Of a stretch of DNA of 64,000 nt, positions 30,848 to 41,151 are shown piece by piece. The translations under genes were made by a program, and so were the position numbers. Source of the DNA: Candidatus Levyibacteriota bacterium (lineage in GTDB: Bacteria; Patescibacteriota; Microgenomatia; Levybacterales; UBA12049); the NCBI GenBank assembly GCA_027459745.1, contig DAIDHL010000001.1, positions 77,828-141,827 of the forward strand, read 5' to 3'. Below the pieces are notes generated by a model, which was not told the DNA's origin, did no database searches, and was given only the letters and a program-made list of their open reading frames with translations. Every line of letters starts with the position of its first letter. Position 1 is the first letter of the stretch.

Positions 30848-32572
30848 TTAATAAGTCTTAAATCCTGCGGAGTTGGTTGATGCACTTACATCTGAAGTTC
30901 GTGTAAAAGAATCAATGGGACTAGGTGAGAGACTAGGATAACTATTGATTGCAGATTGAGATGCATCGTAAGGAGTTACAACTTGGAGTGGCGTTGAATT
31001 CATCGGTGTAGGCGATATCAGAGGAGACGCAAACACCTTATGGTCATATCCAGAAAATCCAAGAGGAATAGTATTGAGATAATTCAAAGCTCCTGTGGTA
31101 ATATCCAAATCGTAAAGTTTGGACCCACCAAATTGTCTTGCGCCCATTTCCGCAACGAGTAAATGCGTATAATCGCCATTAAAGTTAAGAACAGCTAATC
31201 CTTGATTAGCAATTTGATGTGACTGACCAGTTGCTAAATCATAATAATCGAGTGTTTCATTAGTAATTCCGCCTGAGTTGGCATTATACATTACTTGTTC
31301 ATATTGATTGTAGATGAAGCCTTTTGAGAAGTCATATATAAAATTTAACGTAAATTCGTGTGCAGGATTAATGGTGGTAAATTGATGTGTTGAGAGATCA
31401 AAATACCCAAAGACGCTGTCGTTATCATTTACGGATGGAGTGCCGGTATAGAATATTTTATTGGCACTAGTAACATGTGCAAACTGGAAATAGTAGGTCT
31501 CTCCACCTGTTGTATCGACAAGTTGTGTGGTCTTGCCATCGGGATACAATTGAAAAATTCCAGCTCGATCAGGAGAAGATAGATAATTCTCCATTATGAT
31601 GGAAGAACTGTCTTCTTCCCATCCAGCTCGTGCAACGCCAGGACCACCGATACTCCACTGAGATTTCAAACGCGTGAGATGATTATCTGAAAAATTATAG
31701 AAAAAATATGTAGGCTGGTTAGTATAGGCAGCACTTCCGGATGCGATAGGAACGTCTGCAAAAGGGTCTATCGGTTCCTGGTTGTCGTAGTCGAAAAATG
31801 CGTACTTTTCGTCCGGAGAAATGTAAATATCTGACCATGCAGCAAGTGCTCCAGCAGGTAGGTTATCAACAGAAATAACTTGCATAAATTCTTTATCGAT
31901 CAGATCATATGTATATATACTAAAGCGGTACCTGGCTGTGTCATTTATAAAGGCCTGTTCTGTTGTATCACTGTCGGTTCGTTGTTGTACGGCGAAAATT
32001 AATTTCTTTTGGCTATTTAGATAATACACATTATAGATTGAAGAACCGTTAGAATTTATATAGCCGGTGTGAGGAATTTGCGCGATATCCAAAATAGTAT
32101 ATTCTGCATTGGTGGCTAAATCATATCCATGAATCTTTGTCTGGTTAAAGCTATAAAAAATAACAGGATCTATTTGCTGGGCTGAAGAAGAAGCAGGTGG
32201 AAGAAGTGTCATAGCTTGTGTAGAAGGTGTGAGTAACAGTGGATTGATAAAGCCTGAAGCGATTTTATTACTTGCGCTAATATTTATCTGATCATTGATG
32301 TTTGCTCTCTTTTGAATTTGTGAAAAAATTGGTGAGACTGGTTTGGGAGATGAATAGACTGGATGGGATGCAACTTTAGGAAAAATCTTTTGCGGATGTA
32401 TTGGGAAGAGAAACCGAGGTATTAGTAAAAAGGCTGCTAAGGTTAAAATACTTAGGATAACTAGGCACCCAAGTACTAGTAAAAAAACACTATTCACCTG
32501 AAAAATATTTTTTGGTGGTTGGGTAACTTGTGAAACTCCCGTGTCGTTTGGAGGAGTGAAAGTGGTATCCAT
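30848..32572 (-). CDS. Membrane-anchored beta-propeller-like protein
   Basis: N-terminal TM; repeated YDL.T strands, ISPDEKY. Confidence 0.65.
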   Translation of the reverse strand: MDTTFTPPNDTGVSQVTQPPKNIFQVNSVFLLVLGCLVILSILTLAAFLLIPRFLFPIHPQKIFPKVASHPVYSSPKPVSPIFSQIQKRANINDQINISASNKIASGFINPLLLTPSTQAMTLLPPASSSAQQIDPVIFYSFNQTKIHGYDLATNAEYTILDIAQIPHTGYINSNGSSIYNVYYLNSQKKLIFAVQQRTDSDTTEQAFINDTARYRFSIYTYDLIDKEFMQVISVDNLPAGALAAWSDIYISPDEKYAFFDYDNQEPIDPFADVPIASGSAAYTNQPTYFFYNFSDNHLTRLKSQWSIGGPGVARAGWEEDSSSIIMENYLSSPDRAGIFQLYPDGKTTQLVDTTGGETYYFQFAHVTSANKIFYTGTPSVNDNDSVFGYFDLSTHQFTTINPAHEFTLNFIYDFSKGFIYNQYEQVMYNANSGGITNETLDYYDLATGQSHQIANQGLAVLNFNGDYTHLLVAEMGARQFGGSKLYDLDITTGALNYLNTIPLGFSGYDHKVFASPLISPTPMNSTPLQVVTPYDASQSAINSYPSLSPSPIDSFTRTSDVSASTNSAGFKTY

Positions 32573-32698
32573 ACATTCAGTATTATCAATCTATACAAAA
32601 AAAGCAATTAAATTTTATAAATCTCCACTTGTACAAAACAAAAAGTATTTTAGTTATCTCAACTTGAAAGACAATATTTGAACCTATATAATTATGAT

Positions 32699-33250
32699 AT
32701 GACGGTATTAATTTTGCATGGAGTGGGAGGATATGCGGGAATTCATTGGCTGCAGTGGATGCATGATGAATTAGTCGCAGAAAGTTATACCGTCATTATG
32801 CCCACACTGCCAAATTCCGATCGTCCCGATCGCAAGCAATGGTTACAAGTCATTAAAAACGCAGTGAAGGATGTAAATATTTCAGAATTAATAATTGTGG
32901 GACATTCATTGGGTGTGCCAGCTGCTTTGGATTTTATTGAGCAAGTGGGTGGCAAGGTTAAAGCACTAATCTCAGTGTCAGGATTTTCGGATAATTATGG
33001 TAGTCCTATTAATGATTTCTACATGCGAGAAAAGAATATTGATTTTGTAAAAGTCAAAGAACATTTGGAAAAAAGTTTCGTAATTTATGCAGATGATGAT
33101 CCGCATGTTCCACAGACAAGTTTGCAGTTATTAGCTGATAGTTTAGGAGTTGAACCAATAGTAATTCCTCATGGTGGACATTTTAATAGTGATACTAAAT
33201 TCAAAAAAGAATTTCCTCTACTTCTGGAGATAATTAATAACATAGAATGA
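32699..33250 (+). CDS. YdeN/RBBP9-family alpha/beta hydrolase
   Basis: ILHG, GHSLG, DDPHVP, GGHFN; start from TATAAT-N6-ATG. Confidence 0.88.
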   Translation: MTVLILHGVGGYAGIHWLQWMHDELVAESYTVIMPTLPNSDRPDRKQWLQVIKNAVKDVNISELIIVGHSLGVPAALDFIEQVGGKVKALISVSGFSDNYGSPINDFYMREKNIDFVKVKEHLEKSFVIYADDDPHVPQTSLQLLADSLGVEPIVIPHGGHFNSDTKFKKEFPLLLEIINNIE

Positions 33251-33279
33251 GCGTTTTTTCCTAGTGATATAATGCATGC

Positions 33280-34254
33280 ATGATCATCAATGATAGAATC
33301 TACGGAAAAATAAATATCAAGAATAAGCTAATTATTGAGTTAATTAATTCCAAACCTCTTCAACGTTTGAAAAAAATCAGTCAAGATGGCGCAGTCCATT
33401 ATATAGAACCCTTTCGAGACGAAACTAGATTTGAACATAGTATTGGTGCTTGGTATTTATCCTACAAGTTTAAACGTCCAATTGAAGAACAAATTGCTTC
33501 ACTTCTACATGATGTTCCACATACAGCTTTTTCTCACGTAATTGATTTTGTTATGCATGACGAGAACCACGAATTTCATGATAGATTTACCACTGAGATT
33601 ATTCTTAATTCCGAAATCCCTGAGATCTGTCGTAAACATGGTTTAGATATACAAAAAGTTTTACATAAAGAAAATTTTTATTTGCTGGATAATAAACTTC
33701 CTGATATCTCAGTTGATCGTTGGGATTATTTTATGCGTGATGCATATACATTTGGTATATTACCAATGGAGATAATCAAATTATTTTTGAAATCCATTAA
33801 AGAAGAAAAAGAAAGATTTTATTTTATTGATGTAAAAATTGCTAGTTTGTTCGCAATCATGTTTATGAATTCTTCCCGTCTGATGTGGCTGGATCCTACC
33901 TCTCATGGATCATTTTTTTTAGTTGCAGAACCGATTAAAATCGCTCTAAAGAAAGGTTACATTCAACAACAGGATCTGTTTAAAACGGATGATATTGTAA
34001 TGAAGAAACTGAAATCAGTTCAAGATGAAGAGATTGATAAATATTTAAGACGACTAAAACCTGGTAAGTATTTTTATTACGCGGCCGAAGAAAGTGCTGA
34101 ATTTTTCGGACCTAACAAACCTAGATTTGTGGATCCTTGGGTAAAAGTAAAAGGAAAGTTAGTTAATCTCTCTAGCTTAGTTCCTGGTCTTAGAGAATAC
34201 TTTGAGGAGTTTAGGTTACGGCACAACAAATTGGGTGTAAGTCAGTATGATTAA
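33280..34254 (+). CDS. HD-domain phosphohydrolase (dNTPase-like)
   Basis: DRIYG, LQRLKKISQ, TRFEHSIG, LLHDVPH.AFSH, DRWDYFMRD. Confidence 0.88.
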   Translation: MIINDRIYGKINIKNKLIIELINSKPLQRLKKISQDGAVHYIEPFRDETRFEHSIGAWYLSYKFKRPIEEQIASLLHDVPHTAFSHVIDFVMHDENHEFHDRFTTEIILNSEIPEICRKHGLDIQKVLHKENFYLLDNKLPDISVDRWDYFMRDAYTFGILPMEIIKLFLKSIKEEKERFYFIDVKIASLFAIMFMNSSRLMWLDPTSHGSFFLVAEPIKIALKKGYIQQQDLFKTDDIVMKKLKSVQDEEIDKYLRRLKPGKYFYYAAEESAEFFGPNKPRFVDPWVKVKGKLVNLSSLVPGLREYFEEFRLRHNKLGVSQYD

Positions 34255-34256
34255 GA

Positions 34257-34889
34257 TTAAGCTGCTTTGGATTTAGGTGTATGCGCTTTAAATTGTAATA
34301 TTTCTTTGTGATCAATATCAACCTTGTTATTTTTAGCCGCTTTCTGCATTAATTTAAAAGTTCCATCCGGGCTGATTATCCTAAAGAAAGTGTCATACAT
34401 ACCATTATCTCTATTGTAAACTCTTTCGTGGGCTTCGGTTACATCAGTTTGAGTAATCTCTTTTTTATCCTCTAACATTACAGCTATCTCATTTACTCTC
34501 CGTTCTTTTCCTCGGTTTTCGTTATCTCCTGCGTTTGCCGCAGTTTCATAACTAGCGCCAAATTTATATTTTGCAAGTCTAAGGTCATGACTAGATCCTT
34601 TAGGATCAAATTTCATTGCAGCACCGATATTAGCTAAAGTAAGTTTTACTGGGATAGTTCTTCCTAAGGAATACGTTGATGTATCAGGAAGAATTGACGC
34701 CATAACTATACCACCGCTACTTTGGCTAGCCTCAACGTGTAATGCTTCATGTATGGCGGTTTCGTCCTTGGCCATTCTCAAAGGTCTTATCATAGCTTCC
34801 GCCTCAATAATAGTTCCTTTCAGGACTCCTGCCTCGAACTTTTTAGCCACGAAATTCTGATTTTGACTAAATGTAAATGTTTCTTTCAT
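34257..34889 (-). CDS. Stand-alone M41 (FtsH-like) zinc peptidase-domain protein
   Basis: TAIHEALH, SILP...SLG, GSSHDL, IAVMLEDKKEI; start from TATACT-N7-ATG. Confidence 0.55.
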   Translation of the reverse strand: MKETFTFSQNQNFVAKKFEAGVLKGTIIEAEAMIRPLRMAKDETAIHEALHVEASQSSGGIVMASILPDTSTYSLGRTIPVKLTLANIGAAMKFDPKGSSHDLRLAKYKFGASYETAANAGDNENRGKERRVNEIAVMLEDKKEITQTDVTEAHERVYNRDNGMYDTFFRIISPDGTFKLMQKAAKNNKVDIDHKEILQFKAHTPKSKAA

Positions 34890-34970
34890 ATTCCGGAGTA
34901 TATGCTTGAAGCTAGTAAAAATCAATCTTAAGTGCAGATTAATGATTTGATTTAACACATAATGTATCTA

Positions 34971-34998
34971 TTGACAATATATCGAATTATGATATAAT
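34971..34998 (+). promoter_or_regulatory. Sigma70 promoter with overlapping palindrome (putative PadR operator)
   Basis: TTGACA-N16-TATAAT, 6 nt before ATG; TATATC-N7-GATATA inverted repeat at 34978-34996. Confidence 0.7.
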
Positions 34999-35004
34999 AA
35001 GAAT

Positions 35005-35373
35005 ATGAGCAAACATAAACAGTTTTCTGAACAAAATTATTCTTTAAGTCCAGCTATTTTCTATATTCTTCTTTCACTAGCTAATACACCACGTCATGGT
35101 TATGACATCATGAAACAAGTTGAAGCAGATTCACAAGGTAAAGTTAAATTAGGTCCGGGAACATTATATGGAGCTATTAAACGTATGTTAGAAGACAAGT
35201 TAATTAGCGAGACAGACTCTGAACATGCACGTCGAAAATATTACCAATTATCAGAAAAAGGACGAGCAATATTTTCCAAAGAATTACAAAGATATGATGA
35301 AGCTGTACAGCTGGCTAAAAAACGCAGTTTATTATTAAATCCATTGAATAAAATCAATCTAGCATATGTATGA
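35005..35373 (+). CDS. PadR-family transcriptional regulator
   Basis: ILLSL...RHGYDIMK...GPGTLYGAIKRM...RRKYYQLSEKG. Confidence 0.92.
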   Translation: MSKHKQFSEQNYSLSPAIFYILLSLANTPRHGYDIMKQVEADSQGKVKLGPGTLYGAIKRMLEDKLISETDSEHARRKYYQLSEKGRAIFSKELQRYDEAVQLAKKRSLLLNPLNKINLAYV

Positions 35374-36067
35374 CACGAAAACTATTCAACTTCCAGAAAA
35401 AGCAGAAAAGTTATTTAGTTTGTTGTTATTATTTTATCCCAAAGAATACAAGAAAAAGTTTGGCAATGAAATACAAATATTATTAAAGGATTTATATCAA
35501 GAGGAATTAGCTACAAGAAGGGAAGTCGAAATTTGGTTTTGGATAAGTAAAAGTATGGATATTATAAAAAACGCATTCATACAGCATATAGATTTAATTA
35601 ATCAACAAGGTATGAAAAAATATTTAAAATCAGAATTTAATTTTAATAGATATAATTTAATTGGTACTATTTTTCTGACTCCTGCTTTGACGGTGTTTGC
35701 TATAGATTTAATTTCTCGAGTAATTCAGTTTGACTTAGTACATTATAATCGTCCAGTCTATAATTTCTTGTCTCATACACCATTGTATTGGTATCCAGTG
35801 CTCGTAACGTGGGTAATAGTTTTACCTACTTTAGCAGTAATAATTAACCTAATACCTTTAATTAAAAATATGCAGTCTAAAAAGAAGTCTATCTATGTTA
35901 AGTTATTTAATAAACAAAATCTCTTTAGTTTAATCATATTATTTTTAGGATTAATGTTTTTAGCAATAATTAAGCTTCATGATTTCGCTCCATGTATATT
36001 GCATGGTTTGATCCTTAAAGGATTTAGTAATTTAGGTTTAATAATTAATATGTGTAGAAATGCATAG
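35366..36067 (+). CDS. PadR-associated membrane protein
   Basis: LLLFYPKEYKKKFGNEI N-terminal motif, 3 TM; overlaps padR stop. Confidence 0.7.
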   Translation: MYDTKTIQLPEKAEKLFSLLLLFYPKEYKKKFGNEIQILLKDLYQEELATRREVEIWFWISKSMDIIKNAFIQHIDLINQQGMKKYLKSEFNFNRYNLIGTIFLTPALTVFAIDLISRVIQFDLVHYNRPVYNFLSHTPLYWYPVLVTWVIVLPTLAVIINLIPLIKNMQSKKKSIYVKLFNKQNLFSLIILFLGLMFLAIIKLHDFAPCILHGLILKGFSNLGLIINMCRNA

Positions 36068-36491
36068 ATATATGGAAATTAATAAATGGATTTGTTTGTC
36101 AATATTTGTAGTATTTGTATTAAGTGTCTCATTGAGTTTTAAAATTGGTTATTTATTTGGTGGATTAAATAAAAGTTTGACAGTCGTACCGGTAAATGCA
36201 GAACAATTAGCAGAAGCCATGCAAGGTGATAATTTTTACGGTAAATTTAACAGTGATATGCTTTTACTCAAGGGAACTATTAAAAATATTCAACAAAGGG
36301 ATAATACAACTCTAATTTATTTTAAAGTATCTGATGGCATAAATGTGTTACCTCAAGTATTTTGTCAGACGCGAAATTCAGTTTTTAATTTAAGTGTTGG
36401 GCAATCTTTAAGCATTCTGACAGTAGCACACGCAGCTAATAGAGTAAATAAGGCAGACATATCTTTACAGAATTGTTATATTCTTCAATGA
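36060..36491 (+). CDS. Membrane-anchored OB-fold (tRNA_anti-like) protein
   Basis: TM, VNAEQL, LKGTIKNI, LSVGQSLSI, LQNC. Confidence 0.55.
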   Translation: MHRYMEINKWICLSIFVVFVLSVSLSFKIGYLFGGLNKSLTVVPVNAEQLAEAMQGDNFYGKFNSDMLLLKGTIKNIQQRDNTTLIYFKVSDGINVLPQVFCQTRNSVFNLSVGQSLSILTVAHAANRVNKADISLQNCYILQ

Positions 36492-36533
36492 CTTCTTACA
36501 CAAAGTTTGAAATGAGCGCATATAATCGTTTAT

Positions 36534-37577
36534 ATGCGAAAAATTATCTTCATTGTTTTAATATTTTTGATTTTAATTTTTGCAATAACATTATTATTAG
36601 GCAATAAGGTTAAATCTCCACTATCCAGTATTAAGAAAAGAGTCTCTATAAATCCTTCATCTACCACTGAGAAATCTAATGATCCTTTAGCGATTAATTA
36701 TATGCAAAGGGTAAGATATCCTGGAAGTAATATAATGATAGTGCATATTTTGTCATCAGGTACAAATTATTATCGTTATTTAACCTCTTATCAGTCTGAT
36801 AACCTAACAATTTATGCTCTTCTTACTGTTCCTGAAGGTGCTAAGCCTGAAGGTGGATGGCCAGTTATAGTTTTTAATCATGGTTACATTCCTCCTTCAC
36901 AATACTCTACTACAAGTAGTTATTCAGTGATGATTGATCCACTTGCAGCAGCGGGATGTATCGTGTTTGTACCTGATTATCGAGGTAATAATGATTCTCA
37001 AGGCGTTGCCCAACAACCTTATGTTTCGCCAGATGATGTTACAGATAGCATGAATGCGATTGCATCTATTAAACATTATAAAGATGCCAACCCAAATAAA
37101 ATTGCGGTAGTAGGACATTCAATGGGAGGAAATGTAACTCTTCATGAATTAGTTATTTCTCACGATATCAAGGCTGCAGCAATATTATCTGGGGTAGTTG
37201 GAAATGAAAATGATTTATTGAAATGGTGGAATTACAGGTATTCTGCTCATATAATTTCAGGGAATGATTTGGATACATACTACTCCTTACAAAATATGAT
37301 AAAAGAACGCGGAAGTTTAAATAAAAACCCAGATTATTGGAATTCGATCGATCCCACAAAATTTCTTCAAAATATTGACATACCGATACAAATTCAAATA
37401 GGTACGGCGGATGATCAAGTTCCAATTAGTTTCTCATTAAGTTTAAGGGACACCTTACAGTCGGAAGGGAAAACAGTCGATTTTCATCAATATCCTGATG
37501 CAAATCATAATCTTTCACCAGATATTACTACTGCAAAGCAGCAGGTCATTAGTTTTTTTAAGCAATATCTGAATTAG
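36534..37577 (+). CDS. Secreted S9-like alpha/beta hydrolase
   Basis: NHGYIPP, PDYRG, GHSMGG, GTADDQVP, DANH. Confidence 0.85.
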   Translation: MRKIIFIVLIFLILIFAITLLLGNKVKSPLSSIKKRVSINPSSTTEKSNDPLAINYMQRVRYPGSNIMIVHILSSGTNYYRYLTSYQSDNLTIYALLTVPEGAKPEGGWPVIVFNHGYIPPSQYSTTSSYSVMIDPLAAAGCIVFVPDYRGNNDSQGVAQQPYVSPDDVTDSMNAIASIKHYKDANPNKIAVVGHSMGGNVTLHELVISHDIKAAAILSGVVGNENDLLKWWNYRYSAHIISGNDLDTYYSLQNMIKERGSLNKNPDYWNSIDPTKFLQNIDIPIQIQIGTADDQVPISFSLSLRDTLQSEGKTVDFHQYPDANHNLSPDITTAKQQVISFFKQYLN

Positions 37578-37962
37578 TAATTTCTTCTAGGTTCAAACCA
37601 TTAATTATCGCAGAGCCTAGGTAAAAAGGTAAAACTAATGTCTGATGACTTGGTTCAGGTACTGAGTAATATAACATACTTCCTGTTGCAGCAGCTCCTG
37701 CTATGGTTCTGACGAAGTCATTTAGTTTGCTTAAACGAGCTTCTTTTTTACTTGTTTTTGCATAATATGCGCCAAAACCAATAAGTGTAGGGACGGAAGC
37801 TGCTAAAGTGAGAGTGGAATAACCAATGGGAGTTGTAGCTTCTATACCCATAGCTGCAGCTGCAAAAAGAACAGTGGCTCGACGCAAATTTCTAGTATGA
37901 ATAACTTTATTTATACTATCCTTCGTAGTCTCCATGGGCTTAAAGAGTTGTTCTAAAAGCAT
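37558..37962 (-). CDS. Hypothetical membrane protein
   Basis: Several hydrophobic segments; TATAAC-N7-ATG start. Confidence 0.5.
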   Translation of the reverse strand: MLLEQLFKPMETTKDSINKVIHTRNLRRATVLFAAAAMGIEATTPIGYSTLTLAASVPTLIGFGAYYAKTSKKEARLSKLNDFVRTIAGAAATGSMLYYSVPEPSHQTLVLPFYLGSAIINGLNLEEITNSDIA

Positions 37963-38029
37963 GGAGTGAGTTATAGCTAATATGATCAGATATGTCAACT
38001 TTGAGTGTAAAATACGATATAATTGGCTG

Positions 38030-38506
38030 ATGTTAAAAAAATATATAGAGGGTGAAGAGTTTTTATTCTTAGGCGAAAAATATAAATTAAAATTTGGAAA
38101 TTATAAAACAATTCATTTAGTAGAAAACCATTTATGTTTTCCGCAATTTCTAAAATTTAGAATCCAAAAAGAACTACAAAATTGGTACTTACAAAAGTCT
38201 TTGGAACATATAAAACAGCGAGTTGAATATTATGCTGTAAGAATGAAGGTAAAATATATTTCTCTTTCAATTGCGGATTCCAAGTCGAGATGGGGGGCAT
38301 GTACTCATGATAATCGTTTGCAATTTAATTGGAGGTTAATTATGACTCCGCATGCGGTGCTGGATTCAGTGGTTGTGCATGAGTTAGCGCATACCTTGGT
38401 AAAAAATCATTCCCAGGATTTTTGGATACAGGTAAGAAAAGTTATGCCCGGCTATTCGGCTCACCGCGCATGGATTAACCACCACCAGAATGAACTGATA
38501 ATTTAG
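38030..38506 (+). CDS. YgjP/DUF45 metal-dependent hydrolase
   Basis: KSRWGAC, FNWRL, VVHELAH..NHS.DFW; start from TATAAT-N6-ATG. Confidence 0.88.
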   Translation: MLKKYIEGEEFLFLGEKYKLKFGNYKTIHLVENHLCFPQFLKFRIQKELQNWYLQKSLEHIKQRVEYYAVRMKVKYISLSIADSKSRWGACTHDNRLQFNWRLIMTPHAVLDSVVVHELAHTLVKNHSQDFWIQVRKVMPGYSAHRAWINHHQNELII

Positions 38507-38534
38507 TTTTTTATTCGGTAAATTAAGAATGATA

Positions 38535-40052
38535 TTAACCCAAGCTGTGACGAAGAATCCCTGCTTTTTCTATGAGCTTTTGCAGACTGCCTCCGCTTAC
38601 AAAGTTTTTATAAATTTCAGAAGTCAATTTTTGGTGTTCTTTATCGTCTTTTGTTACTGGATCCAGCCTAATATCTAAATATTTTTCCAATGCATCGATA
38701 TCATCGATTATTTCTCCCCATATGGGAGAACTTTGCGTCAAATCAGCCAAGTTTTTACGATTTAAATATCTACCTGCTTTAAGTATATCTGTCTTGAAAT
38801 TTAGGTAATATTTATCAATTAAACTTTGTTTTCCTAAAGAGTTTATAATTCGTAATCCTCTCCCAGTACCTACTAATTCGGGAGGAATTCCAATAGAATA
38901 AAGTGCACCAGTAAATCCAATTGCCCGTGGTAAAGAAACTTTACCAAGTCCACGTGAGTAACCAAATAAACCTATATGCTGAACACGTTCACGACGCTTA
39001 GGTAAAAATGAAGCAATTTGGTTTATAATTGGAGCAATTTCCTCAACTGTTTGTCGATAGTAAGTTTCGAAATAGGGTATTATATGTTGAATTTCTATCT
39101 CATCTAATCCAGAAACATCCATTGCTATTTGTTTAGATAGTATATCATCAAGCTTTTTAATTCCTTTTATTACTATGTTTTTAGGGTAATCATAACGAAA
39201 CCCTCCCTGTATTAAGACAGTTCTAATTCCTTTATATTCTTTAACAAAAGCATCGATGTTTTCTGGAGTCAAACCTCCCCGAAAAGGTAGTGCTGCAGTT
39301 CCGATAATTGGATATAAAGGTATATCTAATTTTTTAGCTAATGTTTTATATTTTGACAGAGCAATTTTTACTGCCAACACAGTTGGTACTAAACCGGAAT
39401 TTAATGCGGGATCAGAGCGGGCTATGTAAGGTCTTAAATATTCGGGTTTGGATTTGAACATTTTTTTATATCCGTCAATGTATTCTTCTAAAATTTTGTC
39501 CGAGTTTATAATGGTCTGTACCTGCTCGAACAGTGGAATCAATTCTATGTGTTCTAAGGTGTGATTATCCAATTTATATAATTTATGTTTTAGACCGCTA
39601 ATTTCTTGGAATGCTGTCTGAATATCCAGCATTTCTTCGGAAGTTTCTGTCATCGGCAGAATCACTTCAAAAAGAGGAGCATGAGCAAATCCTACTTTTT
39701 TAGCCATGGCCGCAGCACTTAAAATACCTAAAAAAGCTCTTCCGAGACGAAATTCAGTCTCAACTTTTGGGTTAGGTAGGCGAAAAGTGATAAATTTCCT
39801 CTCACCTAAAGGATTATCTTTAAAAAAATCAAAATGTTCTCCCAGTAAACGTTCCATGACTGACTCATCTACTAACTTTCCTTCCCAATCCCACTTGTAT
39901 TCATCAATTCCTAATTCAGAAAACATACGAAAACATTCTTCAGATTCTGCATGGACATCAATAAAATGATTGTTGTACCAGTAGGGTTTATCAGCATGAT
40001 CAGGATGCTGGGAGGCCATGGTAGAGGGAATAATTCGCTTAGGAGTTTTCAT
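38535..40052 (-). CDS. ppcA: Phosphoenolpyruvate carboxylase, archaeal type
   Basis: IPSTMASQHPD, WDWEGK, FEVILPM, ARSDPALNSG, PFRGGL, HIGLFGYSR, LPRAIGF; about 500 aa. Confidence 0.93.
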   Translation of the reverse strand: MKTPKRIIPSTMASQHPDHADKPYWYNNHFIDVHAESEECFRMFSELGIDEYKWDWEGKLVDESVMERLLGEHFDFFKDNPLGERKFITFRLPNPKVETEFRLGRAFLGILSAAAMAKKVGFAHAPLFEVILPMTETSEEMLDIQTAFQEISGLKHKLYKLDNHTLEHIELIPLFEQVQTIINSDKILEEYIDGYKKMFKSKPEYLRPYIARSDPALNSGLVPTVLAVKIALSKYKTLAKKLDIPLYPIIGTAALPFRGGLTPENIDAFVKEYKGIRTVLIQGGFRYDYPKNIVIKGIKKLDDILSKQIAMDVSGLDEIEIQHIIPYFETYYRQTVEEIAPIINQIASFLPKRRERVQHIGLFGYSRGLGKVSLPRAIGFTGALYSIGIPPELVGTGRGLRIINSLGKQSLIDKYYLNFKTDILKAGRYLNRKNLADLTQSSPIWGEIIDDIDALEKYLDIRLDPVTKDDKEHQKLTSEIYKNFVSGGSLQKLIEKAGILRHSLG

Positions 40053-40164
40053 TACAAACTAAACAAGAGTATAACAGAATAAATTTTAAATTCAAATTAT
40101 ACTTTCTTGCACAATTCTTGCTTTACATTCAGTTTTAACTTGTATATAAATGATAAGCTAGAGT

Positions 40165-41151
40165 ATGGCAAAAATTTACTACTTTTGTGGACATGAACAA
40201 TTTCAACCAGAAGAATTAGTAAAGCATGCAGTTTTGGCTGAGAAGGCAGGATTTGACGGTGTATTAGTTTCAGAACATTTTAACCCCTGGGTAGATGATC
40301 AATCTTCTTCAGGTTTTGCTTTTTCTACACTAGGAGCGATAGCGGTCTCTACTGAAAGAATTGAATTGATGACAGGTGTAGTGACGCCTCTTTTCCGTTA
40401 TCATCCTGCGGTAGTAGCCCAAGCAGCTGCTACAATTGATAGATTGTCCTCTGGCAGATTTATTTTAGGAGTAGGTACAGGAGAAGCTATAAATGAAGTT
40501 CCATTAGGATACAAGTATCCAAATTATAAAGAACGATCCGCCAGAATGACTGAAGCTCTTAAAATAATGCGTACTTTACTCGATGGTAAAGAAATTAATG
40601 AAGAGGGTGAATACTACGAAACAGTACATGTTAAACTTTATAGTCCTCCTACTCACAAAATTCCCATCTACTTAGCAGCTGGTGGACATAAATCTGCTCT
40701 TCTAGGTGCTGAACATGCTGATGGTCTAGTTTGTAGTGTAAAAAACATTGAAGATACATTAAATGAGTTAGTTAAACCGGCTAGGGCAAAGGCTAATGAG
40801 CTTGAAAAAAAAGACTTTGGATTGGTAACTACTCATTGGAGTGTATTTGCTGCTGATTCTGAAGAAGCATGGAGGGCGCTTGGCCCCTGGAGAGGTCTGC
40901 GTGCTCCACATAGAAATACAATTGTAGAGCCAAAGTTATTACAGCAGGAAGCTGACGAATTGCCCCCTGAAGAGATACTAGCTAAATATTCTATTTTGTC
41001 TACTCCAGATGATTATCTTAAAGCATATTCACCATTGATCGAGAAATTATCAGCAAGTGTTGTGGTAATTCAAGCAACTTCACAAAATCGCCAAGAAGAA
41101 CTGATCAAAATGTTAGGTGAGAAAGTAGTCCAAACTTTAAAATCATTATGA
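40165..41151 (+). CDS. F420-dependent LLM oxidoreductase (G6PDH/Fgd-like family)
   Basis: HEQFQPEELV, SEHFNPW, YHPAVVAQAAAT, LGVGTGEAINE. Confidence 0.88.
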   Translation: MAKIYYFCGHEQFQPEELVKHAVLAEKAGFDGVLVSEHFNPWVDDQSSSGFAFSTLGAIAVSTERIELMTGVVTPLFRYHPAVVAQAAATIDRLSSGRFILGVGTGEAINEVPLGYKYPNYKERSARMTEALKIMRTLLDGKEINEEGEYYETVHVKLYSPPTHKIPIYLAAGGHKSALLGAEHADGLVCSVKNIEDTLNELVKPARAKANELEKKDFGLVTTHWSVFAADSEEAWRALGPWRGLRAPHRNTIVEPKLLQQEADELPPEEILAKYSILSTPDDYLKAYSPLIEKLSASVVVIQATSQNRQEELIKMLGEKVVQTLKSL

